64,000 bases of DNA from Chrysomallon squamiferum (Eukaryota > Animalia > Mollusca). The position numbers and the translations under genes are program-made. Of this stretch, positions 16,375-30,533 are shown piece by piece. The notes beneath the pieces are model-generated. The model ran no database searches, was not told where the DNA came from, and was given only the letters and a program-made list of their open reading frames with translations. The stretch spans positions 34,534,001 to 34,598,000 of the forward strand of contig CM022672.1 in the NCBI GenBank assembly GCA_012295275.1, given 5' to 3'. The first letter of the stretch is position 1; the number at the start of each line of letters is the position of its first letter.

Positions 16375-17703
16375 ATACTAATAATACAGTTATATTTTTG
16401 CAGATCCAGGAATGGCCACGAACCAAATGTCTGCAGCAAACGTAGGTGCGTCTGGACCTATGGATCTACTGAACGTCGCCACAGGTGCCGCAGGTGTCCC
16501 AGGTGCTGCAGGTGTCCCAGGAGCCGTAGGTGTCCCAGGTGCCGTAGGTGCAGTTCAGTCAGCTGGACCGCAGCAGTTTAACCCAGCTGCAAACGGTAAA
16601 AATAAAAACTCCAGAGTTCATTTTTAACAGTAGTAAAAATATTTTTTAAAATTGGATGTCGCGGTTCTAAAATGGGACTTCGCTTTCTGAAATCAGTTGA
16701 TATAATATTATATTATTTTATATTATATTATATTATATTATTTTACATTATATTATATTATATTATATTATTTTACATTATATTAGATTAGATTAGATTA
16801 GATTAGATTAGATTATATTATATTATATTATATTATATTATATTATATTATATTATATTATTTTATATTATATTATATTACATTACATTAGATTAGATTA
16901 GAGTAGACAAAATTATATTATATTATATTGTATTATATTATATTATATTATATTATATTATATTATATTATATTGTATTATATTATATTATATTCTTTTA
17001 TATTATATTACACTATTTTATGTTTTATGATGTTAATGTTATTATTCTCCTCACACAGATTAAGTTGGATTTTTTTTGTATTTTTCTTCCACGCTTCAGT
17101 TATTTTGCTATTCACAAAAAGTGATTTAAAAAACAGTTGCACTAAAACTGCCAGATATAAATCAAGACGTATGTAAATAACTGAGCTTGGTGCAGGGTGG
17201 GGAGAAACCATTGCGCTCTGTATTGTGCAAGTACAAAATTTCAGTGAAATCAGGAGACAAAGAAAATAATGTTCATTAGCTTCAGGGACAGAAGAGAGCA
17301 ATCCACTTCTCCATTAGCGATACAAGAAGACTAAACTCTTGTTTGTTTGTTTTGTTTTTCTTTATTGTTTTCTTTATTTATTTAGTTAGTTAGTTAATTA
17401 GTTAGTTAGTTAGGTAGTTAGGTAGTTAGGTATTTATTATTATTATTATTATATTATTATTATTATTTTATTTTATTTTATTTTATTTTATTTTATTTAT
17501 TTTATTTATTTTATTTTATTTATTTATTTTATTTATTTTATTTTATTTATTTATTTATTTTATTTCTAGGTCTGCTGTATTTCCTTCTTTATTTAGTTAT
17601 GCTCGATTCTTCGTTGTCTGATTTTTTAAAAATATGTTTTTTAGTTGTTCTTGCTTGAACAGTGGTATGTATCGATGTCTAAACTACTCATTTGACTTAT
17701 TTT

Positions 17704-17768
<65 letters not shown>

Positions 17769-18689
17769 ATTTTAATTTTTGCTAATTTTCGTTATTTTGT
17801 ACTTGGTAAGAAAATCGTGTCAGGGCTGAATTCGCGTTAACAGTGAAATTATGGTTGGAATTTAACGATGTATTTTTGTGTACTCCGGATGTATATTTCT
17901 TGTTGATAAATATCTCTTGTCAACAAAAACAAACAACGTGACTGGAGCAGAGCCAGCATCTCAGTCCTAAACGTGACGCTATGCCGAATGTGGCAGTCCT
18001 CCCACAGACTCCACCTCGTAATGTTGACAATCTTCACAATGTGGCAGTCCTCCCGTGACCCCGTTTGCCTTGTAATATGTCAATTTTCATAATGGTGGCA
18101 ATCCTCAAATGGACACTGCCTTTGTTTTCGTGTTTCGTGTTCTTGTCACCAGTGTTAGCTTGTAGACCTAATTAATAACAGTCTTGTGAGGAATAATGGT
18201 TTGTTGGTTGAAGCGACAAATACTCGGCGACTGAGAATCAGATACGAAATTTTGTCTTTTTTTTTTTTTTTTAAATCCTGGACACTCGGATACAAATGAG
18301 AGAATTTTAAAGTAAATTTAGTTCTTAAATTAATCCACTCTGTTCATTTAAAGTAAATGATCTCTGCTTGTTATTCTAATATTCGTGACATTTCAAACAC
18401 ACTAAGAGTTTTGGGTTTACCGAGACAAATGTTTTCCCCACAAACACTTTTAGTCCGTTTTAAATAGAGAGTCGACTGTGTTTAAATTCTACTTTTGTTT
18501 TATTCATTTTTATTTCATCTTTAAATATATAAGATATATATATATATATAAAACAAGAAATTTACAGACATACACACACAGAGATAGACAGATAGAGAGA
18601 CAGAGAAATTAGATAGATAGGTATGTTACAACAAGCCGGTTCTCATTTTTTCGACATTTTAACTGAAAAACAACAATAACATAAATAAA

Positions 18690-18744
<55 letters not shown>

Positions 18745-19917
18745 TTGCATATATGTCGTATTTATTTCTCCTCGAAAAGCAACACTTGTTTAACTCAGTA
18801 TTAATTAATATTTGTAGTTTACATGCGCCTAATTTTAGCTGTCAATATGGATCATTTTTATTTTTTATTTTACAATTCTTCCTTTTGTTGGAACCATCGT
18901 CTGTGTTTATCAATAGAAATTTTTCTGATATAACATATTTTAAATTTTAATTAATATAGTGCAGTGGAACCTCTCTTTAGCGTTCCCTAAATTGAGCTGG
19001 CACCTGCGATATGTGGACGGTATTCCCGAGTTCCGATTGTTTTCCAGCAGATCAGCGGACAGAATTTTTAAAAAAGCGGATATTCACACCGATTGGGATT
19101 TGTTTTCTAAAAGAAATATATAATTTTATTGTTGTACGGCAACTTTTTACGGTATTTTTAAAGATGGCGTCGCCCAGTTTCTGCTCTGCTCAGTAACACG
19201 CAGGAAGTGTTGTTTTTAGTAGAATCACAAAAGCCCGCGAACTGCAATGGCCAAACACCTGAATACCAAATCGTGCGAGTTCAATTCATTTGAGACACAG
19301 TTTCGATAATTTAAACATTCAACATCATTCACTGCATATTTATATTTTATAAACTCTTCTCTTAAAACATACCTCATGCTTACGAATTTTATGACGTGCA
19401 AAATACGTTTTATTTGAGTCCATCAATGAATTCGATGTGTATGTAATTGTGTTTTAGGAGAAAGCCGAGATGTCGATTTTATATTTGTTGTTGATACTGA
19501 ACTGCTGGTCTGGTGCATATAATTAAAGATTGTAAATATGTTTTTAAAAAAAAATAAAAAAAAATAAAGAAAATAAAAACCACTCTGTAATTGTCCCTGC
19601 GAAGTACGGACACCTTTGCTCGGCCACTAGAGGTGTCCCTACAAGGCACGTGCCACTGAATTTCTGTAAAACTTCTTCTTTGTTTCAGGAGGTGTCCAGA
19701 TGCCAAATTCGGGATTTCCTGTCATGCAGTCATCACCTTACGTCACAGGTTTACGTAATCAGATTCCACTAGCAGGCCGTCGTCCTGGCAATTTTATGAC
19801 GTCACGTGTACAAAGAACGGGTCAATGGGGACCTCTTGATTCCTACAGCATGATGCGATCACGAAGGAATCAACAGCCTAAAAGAAGTACAGTATTTTTA
19901 TAAATGTAACAGACTAG

Positions 19918-20013
<96 letters not shown>

Positions 20014-20086
20014 GACTAGACTGAGAGAAAGAGAGAGAGAAACAAGACTAGACTGAGAGAAAGAGAGAGAGAAACAAGACTAGACT

Positions 20087-20129
<43 letters not shown>

Positions 20130-21675
20130 GACTAGACTGAGAGAAAGAGAGAGAGAGAAACAAGACTAGACTGAGAGAAAGAGAGAGAGAGAGAGAAACA
20201 AGACTAGACTGAGAGAGAGAGATAGAGAAACAAGACTAGATTGAGAGAGAGAGAGAGAGAGAGAGAGTAAACAAGACTATCATCCATTAAACTTATTCGA
20301 ATATGTTGCTAACGAAATTATAAACACCATTACAATATTGTTAGACTGCAGTTACTTTTAAAATCTTATTCTTGATTCATTCATATATCAGTTTATTTAT
20401 TTATTTATACAGTCATTCTTTCAATTATTTACATATTTGTTAAGATTTTTTATTAAATTATTTATTTATTTGTTCATTTATTTATTCATTCATTCATTCA
20501 ATTATTTTGTTTTCTCTTTTTGTTCCCATTTAAAAAATAGAAAGAAAGAAAAACGAAAAGAAATTCTATTTATCAAACTTTTGTATTTTCTTTTGTAGAT
20601 AACAATCTTTTGCCACTGATGCTGTAAGTAAAACTGATAATTCTATAAAACTGTCACATAATCGTGTTATATTCACATTCACTAGTAAAACACAAATGTA
20701 CACAAATAGATTCATGCATACGTACATAGATCAAACATACACACTCACACAGAAGCACACACACAAGAACACACACATACACACATACACACAAACAGAA
20801 ATATAGCTTTAAAAAAAGCCTAAAGCTTTTTACAATTTCCTGACAAAGCACACGATTCTCCAAAGACATGGTTACTGGTATTAAAAATGTCAGTAATCTA
20901 CAAGGACAGATGATTCTCCAAAGACATGGTTACTGGTATTAAAAATGTCAGTAATCTACAAGGACAGATGATCCTTTACTTTCCCCGCACAGTTTTTCTA
21001 ATCGCTTCTTCATGGCTGATCGGTTTCGCTGATTCTAATCTTTCGTTTCTCCCTACTGAATTTATCCAGTCCACTTTCTAAAATCTCCCCACTCAGTGAA
21101 TTCCACATTCAAATGCAATAATTAAATACAGGATTATCTGCAATATTTTAAAATTTCATTTACGTTGTAGGTAAAAACTGCTGCACATATCAACTTGAAA
21201 TTCTGGCATCTAACGGTCAATACTCATGTCTTAATTATTATTCTGTTATTATTATATGTTGTTGTTGTTTTTCTTCTTCTTCTTCTTCTTCTTATTATTA
21301 ATATTAGTAGTAGTAGTAGTAGTAGTAGTTGTACTACTACTACTACTACTAATAATAATAATAATAAGAAGAAAAAGAACAACAAATAATAATAATATAA
21401 TAACTAGTAGTAGTAGTAGTAGTATTTTTATTTTATTATTATTTTATTGTTACTGTCAATATTTTTTATTATCGTTATTATTATTATTATTTACAGCTAT
21501 TATCATTACAATTATCATTACTGTTATTATTTATTGTTATTATAGTTGTTGTTATTATTATTATGACCGTTATTTATCGTTATTGTTGTTGCTGTTTTTA
21601 TTATTATTATTATTATTTATCATTATTGTTGTTGTTGTTATTATTATTATTATTATTATTTATCATTCATCGTTG

Positions 21676-21710
<35 letters not shown>

Positions 21711-21868
21711 TCTAGTATTTATCGTTGTTGTTGTTGTTATATTTCAGGATGATGATGAGCGGGGGTGGAGGTGAAGGTATGATGCCGATGATGATGATGA
21801 TGATGATGAATAGCGGGGGCAACATGCATCCCATGATGCTGCCGCTTTTGATGGAGATGATGCAGTAA
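14775..21868 (+). CDS. Secreted repetitive Pro/Gln/Asp-, Gly/Ala- and Met-rich protein, ~350 aa, 6 exons (shell-matrix-protein-like); exon 2 frame broken as assembled
   Basis: Exons 14775-14798, 15288-15780, 16404-16595, 19689-19886, 20599-20623 and 21748-21868. Signal peptide MIASRIFL-ITAVCSMTVVG, then (DPNAP[MV]TQ[YSP])n, (GVPGA[AV])n, an Arg-rich segment, and the tail NNNLLPLMLMMMSGGGGEGMMPMMMMMMMNSGGNMHPMMLPLLMEMMQ*, with AATAAA directly after the stop. Frame breaks near 15330 (C-run) and 15680-15715. The donor at 19887 is weak. Confidence 0.75.
15407..15765 (+). repeat. Coding 27-bp tandem repeat (DPNAPxTQx), ~13 units
   Basis: Ten intact 9-aa units, a damaged stretch, then two more units. 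Variation between units is concentrated at third codon positions. Confidence 0.9.
19908..20280. repeat. Compound satellite: (GA)n interspersed with AAACAAGACTAGACTGAG
   Basis: A fixed ~18-bp motif recurs between variable-length GA runs. Confidence 0.85.
20854..20972. repeat. Direct tandem duplication, ~57 bp x2
   Basis: GATTCTCCAAAGACATGGTTACTGGTATTAAAAATGTCAGTAATCTACAAGGACAGAT occurs twice in tandem. Confidence 0.85.
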
Positions 21869-22079
21869 AATAAACAAAATAACAATAAAAAGAAAAGAAA
21901 TAATTTTTGGGTATGTGGTACATCATGATTTTGCATGTACATGGTATACAGTTTTTCTTTTTTAAACTTTATTATTATTATTATCACTATTATTTGTTGT
22001 TGCTGTTATTATTATTATTATTATTTTTTTTTATTTGTTATTATTATTATTATTATTATTTTTTTTTATTTATTATTTG

Positions 22080-22119
<40 letters not shown>

Positions 22120-22227
22120 TTTTTTCTAATCGACTGAATCATTGTAACACATTTGCTGAAAGAAAATAAAAATGGCCGACATCTCTTATCACTGATGAAA
22201 CCATTGATTGAGTGGACATTTGTATTT

Positions 22228-22336
<109 letters not shown>

Positions 22337-22588
22337 ACGTCCCACTAACACTTTCACACACTTATAAACCCATTGCAGAAATCAGAATTATTCCGTATTA
22401 GGACATGAAACCTTCATTTAAAATGTCTTTGTTTGTGTATCTCCTTCGTGTGTCTGGAAATAGGTATGCGCGGAAATATTTGTTTCCGTGTGTAATACAT
22501 TTATAAGCAATGTCTGAAAAGAATATGTAATATAAACAAAGATTAAAATATGAGTACAAGGCAGGGAAATGAATATAACAGAGAGAGG

Positions 22589-22619
<31 letters not shown>

Positions 22620-24804
22620 TACGAGCCGAAGAAGGGGCAGCCTTATTCACTACGTGACAAATCTTAAGGCATAATTTTAATTTTTTTTCATTTTTTATTT
22701 ATTATTTTATTTTATTTTTTAGTTTTATTTTTATTTATTTATTCCTGTATTTGTTTACTATTTTGTTTCACTTTATTTTATTTTTAATTTAAAAAAAAAA
22801 AAAAACATTCTTAAATTATTTTATTTAGTTAGTTAGTTAATTAGTTAGTTAGTTAGTTAGTTAGTCCACGAGTGAGGTAAGATCTGTAATTGTTTTCACT
22901 AGCGTAAACAAATACTAATTCAGTTGTTGATTTCAAAACACAATGAAGACTTTTGACACTAAATTTATATGGCGCAAAAAAAGGTGAAACACAAAAACAG
23001 ACAATGTTAGCACGTGCTTTTCACTGACCGCTGATTGGATGATGCTGAAGAAAATGTAACAATCAAATGCAACTAAAATGGCGGGAAAAATAACTGAGCA
23101 GACGGCAAACGATTTCGGAGTTCCACCATTTTGAAACAAAAATTTCTGGTGTACAGTATTCAGGTCGAAAAAAAAAAAAAGTAACCCCCCCCCAAAACAA
23201 AAACAACAAATAGCGTTAAATTAAAAAGAATTATCAACTAAAAGTACAAAAGCAAAATAAAAGCAAATAACAGCTACACCTATAAACATAACTATTAACA
23301 CAATAATGACAAATGGAAAATATAAGAAGCGGAGATGAGTGATTTCTGGTGATCCTACAACAGTCTTCTGTTAATGATAAAACTGTGACACTTCTGTTCT
23401 CAAAACACAATTAAACAGAGAACATTCTGATGTAGCACAAGACATATTACTTATTATTTATCCCGAAAGTTTTTTTTTCTTTTTTTTTCTATAACTGTTG
23501 TAATAATTATTTTGTTGTAGAAATACATGTTCATATATCACTGCACTTTAAGTATATTATGTATAATACAGTCTGTATATAATAGTCATTTATCTCATTG
23601 CATATAGATTCATAACGCTTTCTATTTCAGTATTAAATCCATTAAGGTTTCACGTCACAGTTCTAAAGTTCCATGATATTCAGGCATTTCTGGAGCCCGT
23701 TTTAGCAGATAATTTTCAAATTAACCTTTCAATAGTTAATATCTTCAGACGAGACAAGCCTGTCGTTATTTTAGAATAAATAATCTCGTAAAACTGAGTA
23801 AACAGAATATTTTAACCACAAGCGTGTATGAATATGTTACAAAACTCACATTTGTCTAGTAACACTTTTATAACAAAAATAAACAACAGCTTGATGTAGA
23901 TTCTTCATGATTTTAGTAACAAGTGATCACGTCAACTGATTTAGCAGAATACTGACCCAAATATATATATACATGGCCGTAACTAGACTCTTTTTGTAAT
24001 GAGGCAAATACGTGATTGATGTCTGATGTCGTTGAAGTCAGTTATGTTTTTCATCGCAACGACGTCGGTAGACTTCAAACGGTAACCGTAGACATAAACG
24101 AATTCATTCAGTGGATACCATTTCTATCGCAATAGAGATTTACATTTTATATTTTTAAAATAAAATCTTTGCATTAAAAAAAATAATAAAGAAGTAAATT
24201 CGAAAAAAGAAATTGTCAGTTTGGGTTTGGAGTGTTTTCACATGGAGAAACACTTTCTAGATAACCACTGTTATTTTCTTCAGTAGACTTTGCTCGATCA
24301 GCGTAAATGTTTTAAAATGTTTTAAATCTCTGATACTGATTGAATTTTCCAAGCAATGGAGACAAAAAAATCCCTTGTGGAGCCCCTCTTGGATTAAGGG
24401 GTCATAAAAGTGCATCACCCCTGATGACGTCATTTGATTTTTACTTTTAGTCCTAGCAACTACTTTAGTCCTAGTAAAAGCTTTCGTATTCAAGTACAGG
24501 TTTAAAAAAACGTTAAAAATGTAAAATGCTTCAAATGGATTTGAAATATAAGCATTTTTTTTTTAAATAACGATGATACATAATAGAGCTGTTTGAAACG
24601 ACCACATCTACAAAAAAAAAAAGAAGAAGAAAAAAAGAAGAAGACTATTACTAGATCAAAGAAACTACAATCAGAAGCTAATCATATTTGCATATTTTGA
24701 CGTGTAGATAAAACAGATTTTTAAGGAAATAATTTAAATAATTTTTTTGCTGGTATTTCTACAGGACAATACTGGCTGAAGCTAAACTGGTTGTGTTTAC
24801 TATC

Positions 24805-25061
24805 ATGCGAGTTTTCATCTTTGTGTTTTGTTTGCTTTCTTTGATCTCAGGTAATCCTCGTAGAATTCGTAAGAATTTAGACAGCAGTTTAATAAAACTC
24901 AGGATATAACAAATCTTTAAAGAAAAAAAACGGGACTAACATTAATGTAATTTTATCTGAATCGCTAAAGAAAGATTCATTCTAGATCGAATTTGGCAAA
25001 TACTAAACCATAACCTCCTATCTTGTTTATTTGAGATATATTCACAAACAATTCCATTGTA

Positions 25062-25153
<92 letters not shown>

Positions 25154-25647
25154 AAATTCTCTCTTAAATGTTCTAGCTTCAAACGGAATTCTACACGAAA
25201 AAGAACATCTAACTCCGGGAAAGTGTTTCCCTGGTGACGTCACTGTGCTACTGGACTCTGGGAAGACTGTAAAAATGAAAACTTGTTACAGGACAAAATA
25301 TTCTGTCTGGTACGTCACTTGTCTGAGATTTTTAAAATTATTTTCTTTATACGCACCTCTGTAACGAAACTGAACCAATTTCAGATTTGCCTGTGTTTCA
25401 AGATGCAAACTGACGAATTCAGTATTTTCTTTAACAATCTACATATCTCTGCTACTTAACAGAATCACTTTTAGGTTTTACAGGTTTTATTTTTATTTTT
25501 TTCACGTCTGTTATAACCTATTGCACTAAACAGAATATCTCTTAGAAGAAAAAGAAAATGCAACATTCAAGTGTAAACCAAATCTGCAAAATAGTTTTTT
25601 CATCGTTCTGACAATCCATACATTTTTCTTTAATTTTGTTTTTAAAC

Positions 25648-25727
<80 letters not shown>

Positions 25728-26603
25728 GTGGTCCAAACGTAGGTGGACAGTGTGTAGGTTAGTGTTAGGGTTATATTATTACAATGGTTTTCATTATAAC
25801 TATGGTATTTGTGCTTTATTATTTATAACTACAACTCATATTTCTTTTCAGATAATTGTATATCTAATCTCAAAATAAATGTTACCTTTTACTTGCCAAC
25901 TACTTTTGAACCACCCTGTGTATGTGTGTGCGTGGGTGTGCGTATGTGTGTGTTCGTGTGTGTGTATATACACAAACACACACGCACATAGTCATGATAG
26001 TTTTTCACCTTTTTGCTGAACGCAAACATTTGCTTTTACTAATACATTAATTTCTGATGATATTAAAACTGATTCCAGTGATATATTAATAAATTAAAAA
26101 CTGTTTTCTTTATTTCAGCACGAAACTGAAAGCGAGTATTTTCTGAAGTCAGAACATTTTCCCATCGACAACCAGCATCAAATACGACATTTGTGACTCT
26201 GATTACAGAACAAGGCCATCGACTTTCTCTCTCCGAGTTACACGTTGTGTTTACTTCTAAAAATATGTCAACCAGAATGGAACCCACGTTTGTTTTGTTT
26301 TGTGTTTTTTCCTATTTTTATTCCCATACTCATCTTAAAGTCATTACATCTATGTAATGAGCTTCGTATTTTGTTTTAATATTTAGTATTAAAAACATTT
26401 GAGATTCCAAAGCCATCATTTTAAAACGTTTAGTATTTAGGTGATTATTTATTGAATAACATCTGTTATTTACACTATATTTGTTGTTTTCTTGAGGTTT
26501 GCTAAATCAGTGAAACCAGGTGATTATTTATTCAACACAGAAAGCTGCATAGCTGATTTCTGTCCAGAACGAGTTGTACAAAGATTTCTTTCACACAAAC
26601 AAG
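24805..26603 (+). pseudogene. Hedgehog-related Hint/Hog gene copy D, pseudogene (exons 1-4, no terminal exon seen)
   Basis: Exons 24805-24850, 25177-25309, 26119-26287 and 26497-26603; exons 3 and 4 have the same sizes (169/107 nt) as the intact paralogs. Translation begins MRVFIFVFCLLSLISASNGILHEKEHLTPGK|CFPGDVTVLLDSGKTVKMK. Lesions: 2-nt deletion near 25281, in-frame TGA at 26127-26129, and no GLY[AG]PLT exon downstream on the plus strand. Confidence 0.85.
25724..25918. mobile_element. MITE (Tc1/mariner-like TIRs) in intron 2 of copy D
   Basis: Left end CAGGGTGGTCCAAACGTAGGTGGACAGT; right end reverse-complements to CAGGGTGGTTCAAAAGTAGTTGGCAAGT. 195 bp, flanked by CA/TG microsatellite. Confidence 0.7.
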
Positions 26604-27083
26604 GTAATCTAGTAATAGTACTAAATAGTAATAGCAGCTGTCGTAGTTATAGTACAAACATGGTAATCTAGTAATAGTAGTAAATATTAATAGCAGTAGT
26701 TGTAGTTATAGTACACGTTATCTAGTAATTTGCGTTAATATTAGTAACAGTAGTAGTAACAATAGTATTTGTATTAGTAGTAAGACTCGCATTACAGTGA
26801 AAATTGTAATTGCAGTAATAAACAAGGTAATCATGTATAATCAGACATACACACGAACACACAACACAGACAGACATTCAGACATTAAATCATGTATAAT
26901 CACACATACACACGAACACACAACACAGACAGACATTCAGAAATTAAATCGCCTTTCATTTGACAGATCTAGTAATAAATGCCTGCAGTGTGATAATCTT
27001 TTTTTTTTTGATCGATGTCATTTCTAACCACACTTCTCATCATCGTCATGTCATAAACGTAGCAAATTTTTAAATTCTGCAGA

Positions 27084-27117
<34 letters not shown>

Positions 27118-27559
27118 ATAATAGTGTAGAAAAGAAATCGTCTTCCAGTTGATAAATTTAGTAATAAATGTCTTCAGTTTTTTTATAATACATTTAGTTA
27201 TAAATGTCTTCAGTTTTTTTAATACATTTAGTTATAAATGTCTTCAGTATTTTTGACATATGTCATTTCAGCTCTACCTATGTTTTGTACATGACGAGAA
27301 ACTTTTCACATCTGGACTCTGAATAAACTTGAATATTCCGTCAAACCAGAACAGTTCGTACAATGATTTTAAAATCTAAATCAGCGGCACAGAAAGCAAC
27401 TTTCCAAACCACACATTTCAACATTGTCCTGTTCAGCTGACAGAGGTTTATATATAAATTAACAATTTAAAATAATAATATGAAACTGTATTTGTGTTTC
27501 TAATGTCACATTATTAATAACTTAAACTGTCAGTAGTACATGTCATTTCAATATTATAT

Positions 27560-27890
27560 GTTTTGCTAATGTGATGTAAATATAGACATTGTTCTACTGT
27601 GATGCAAATATAGACATTTTGCTAATGTGATGTAAATATATACACTTCGTTGCTGTAAAAACAGACATTCCATTACTATAATGTAAATATAGACATTTTG
27701 TTACTGTGATGTAAATATAGACATTTTGCTACGTGATAAAATTATAGACATTTTGTTACCGAGATGTAAATATAGACATTTTGTTACTGTGATATAAATA
27801 TAGACATTTCGTTACTGTGATATAAATAGAGACACTTCGTTGATGTAAAAACAAACATTCTGTTACCATAAGGTAACTATGGATATCTTG
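27560..27890. repeat. ~28-bp minisatellite
   Basis: Tandem degenerate TGTGATGTAAATATAGACATTTTGTTAC units. Confidence 0.8.
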
Positions 27891-28171
27891 TTAGTATTAA
27901 TAGAAACATTTTGTTAATTTTTCTAAATAGTTTGACAGAAGGATTTGGTCAAATACTTTTCTCTCTTGTTTTGTGCGATAACTATACTGTGTTATCTGTC
28001 TCGCTAATGGCGAATGTGTGCGTGTCTGTGTGTGTGAGTGTGTTTGTGTGTGTGTGTGTGTTTTTGCGTGTCTGTGTGTGTATGAGTGTGTTTGTGTGTG
28101 TGTGTTGAAAGGAAACACTGCATTTAATGTTTTTACCATATTATTTGAACTAAAGTATTTATTATTATATA

Positions 28172-29106
28172 TTGAGCGCTATTTAAAGATTTACAATTAT
28201 CTTTCCTTTGACTACTGTTTTAAAAGAAAGGAAACAAAAAGACAAAGAAAGAAACACTCATGATATAAAACAGAGAGAGTTTAGCTCCAGTCAATCTTTT
28301 GTCTACTGTAAAACCAACAATGGTTGTTCGACTATTTTCTAAAAAATCTTGTTATAATATGTCTATCAAATGAAACTCGATATCTTTTCTGAATTTTCGT
28401 GCATATTTGAACACCTGGGAATATATATATATATATTGTTTTGATTATTTGTATACGACAGCTTATATATATATTCCCAGGTGTTCAAATATGCAGGAAA
28501 ATTTAGACCTGTTAAAAACATTTTAAAATTCTTGAATGCTTTTGATAGATGTCATTTCAAACTACATGTTCTGTAAAATTCAGCCAAACTGAGATAAAAG
28601 AAATTCCAGATTTCTTTTCTTTTTCTCCTTTTTTTTTATAGACCTTAATATAGATTTAAAAAATATGACTATAGAAAGGTATAATAATAATAGTAATAAT
28701 AATAATAATAATTATTATTATTATTATTATTGTGAGTGTGTGCTGCCTAATGAATAAATAAAATAATAAATACAAACAACAAATAATACAGTAATTTAAT
28801 ATTTTTATTTAAAAAAAATAAATAAATAATAATAATAATAAAGAGACTCGCCTGAAACAAGTGCTGATTATAATATACGATAATTTCACTAACACTAAAT
28901 ACATTTACATCATTTCACGAATGTTAAAAATAGCTTTGGCTCGATCAAATACTGCATTAAACACGATCTAAGGGAAATAACTCTCTTTTACGTTTACAAA
29001 ATTACAACAAAGGCTGAGTCACCATAAACACATAAACTGGTCACTACGTCAAAGCGATACAGGGATATCTGAAACTTTGAAAACAGTTTTATATTGATGA
29101 GTCTTT
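28172..29106 (+). repeat. Long direct repeat, copy 1 (partner 32852-33821)
   Basis: Collinear match from TTGAGCGCT.TT.AAAGATTTACAATTATC through GAAAACAGTTTTATATTGATGAGTCTTTT. Confidence 0.9.
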
Positions 29107-29494
29107 TTTTGTTGATAACGTATAATTTATTTTTTAAATTAATAATTTTTATAACCACTACTTTCATTTCAAAACAGTAACATCTAGAACAATTCAACAC
29201 AAACTTAATGCAGATTTATTATTTTAGTGTTATATTAACAAAAATAAATATGATATTATTTCCAAATAATATCTTATTTTTGAACTGGTACTGGAAACAA
29301 ATAATCAGCTGTTTTGAAATTATTATTATTATTATTACTATTATTATTATTATTATTATTATTAATATTTGTCTTGTTGTCGTCTTCTTTGACGTCGTTA
29401 CTGTTTTGATTTTTTCTGCATTTTATGATTGTTGTTGCTGCCTTATTCTTGGTCTTAATCGGTGATCTTATTCTAATGCTTAGTACTGCTTCTG

Positions 29495-29539
<45 letters not shown>

Positions 29540-29766
29540 TTTTCTGTGGTTATTACTTATTCTTATTACAAAATATATTATTTCTATTGTAATTATGAAA
29601 TGACTTGTTAATTTTTCTTAAAAAGTGTGGAGGTGGAGAAAGGCCGAAAAAAAAAAAAAATATTGTATAAGTCTTCTTAGCAAATAATAATTATGATAAC
29701 TGTATAGCTAATACTATCCCCATTTAAATGTTATTATTTAAATACATGTATGTTGTTGTTTTTTCA

Positions 29767-29822
<56 letters not shown>

Positions 29823-30391
29823 GATAAATACATATTTAGTTTCGACAACTGATAATTAACATGATATACGAAATAAAGGAAAATTAGGTACGTTCTTATT
29901 TTTGCCACAGTTATGTAGGAATTTTATTTTAAAAATAATTTTAATTTCTCAAACTCTTTGTAGAAGATGTAAAATCGATTTTAAAATTAAAAAAATAAAA
30001 TAAAATAAAATAAACTAGGAGTAGCAAGGACCAAAAGGAACGATAACTCGTAAAGGCACACATATCGTCAACGGCTTTAATGGATACAAACTACACTTTA
30101 ATGTTCTTTTCTGTTGGCGAACATTACCAACTAAATAAGTTAATACATTAATCTTTAACAAATTATAATCTAACTTTATAATGCACGCATTTGCAAAAAA
30201 AATAATCAAGAAAAGCTGTATTATTCAGGCTGTTTTTCTCTATTTTAACTGAAAAAACAAACAAAAAACCCTTTATATATTCTTATGAAGTTTCAGATAT
30301 AACTATTTATAATTTAAACTAATTTTAGATTATATTTCGATAGCTTCCCTTTATTATACTGGAAGAATGTTATACTGCTGGAAGAATGTTT

Positions 30392-30423
<32 letters not shown>

Positions 30424-30533
30424 TATCTAATAATAAATGAACACGATGTATTATTGAAAATATAAGAAAGAAAGAAAGAAAGAAATATCACTTAGTACGT
30501 CGAGTGAAATCATGTGACCTATTTCCAGCAGTT

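Noticed and set aside
19908-20280. Fixed motif with variable spacers (CRISPR-like look)
   Set aside because: The spacers are only (GA)n runs, so this is a slippage-derived compound satellite.
21256-21774. 172-aa hydrophobic ORF
   Set aside because: It is (TAT/TGT/TAG)n trinucleotide repeat within intron 5 of gene 2.
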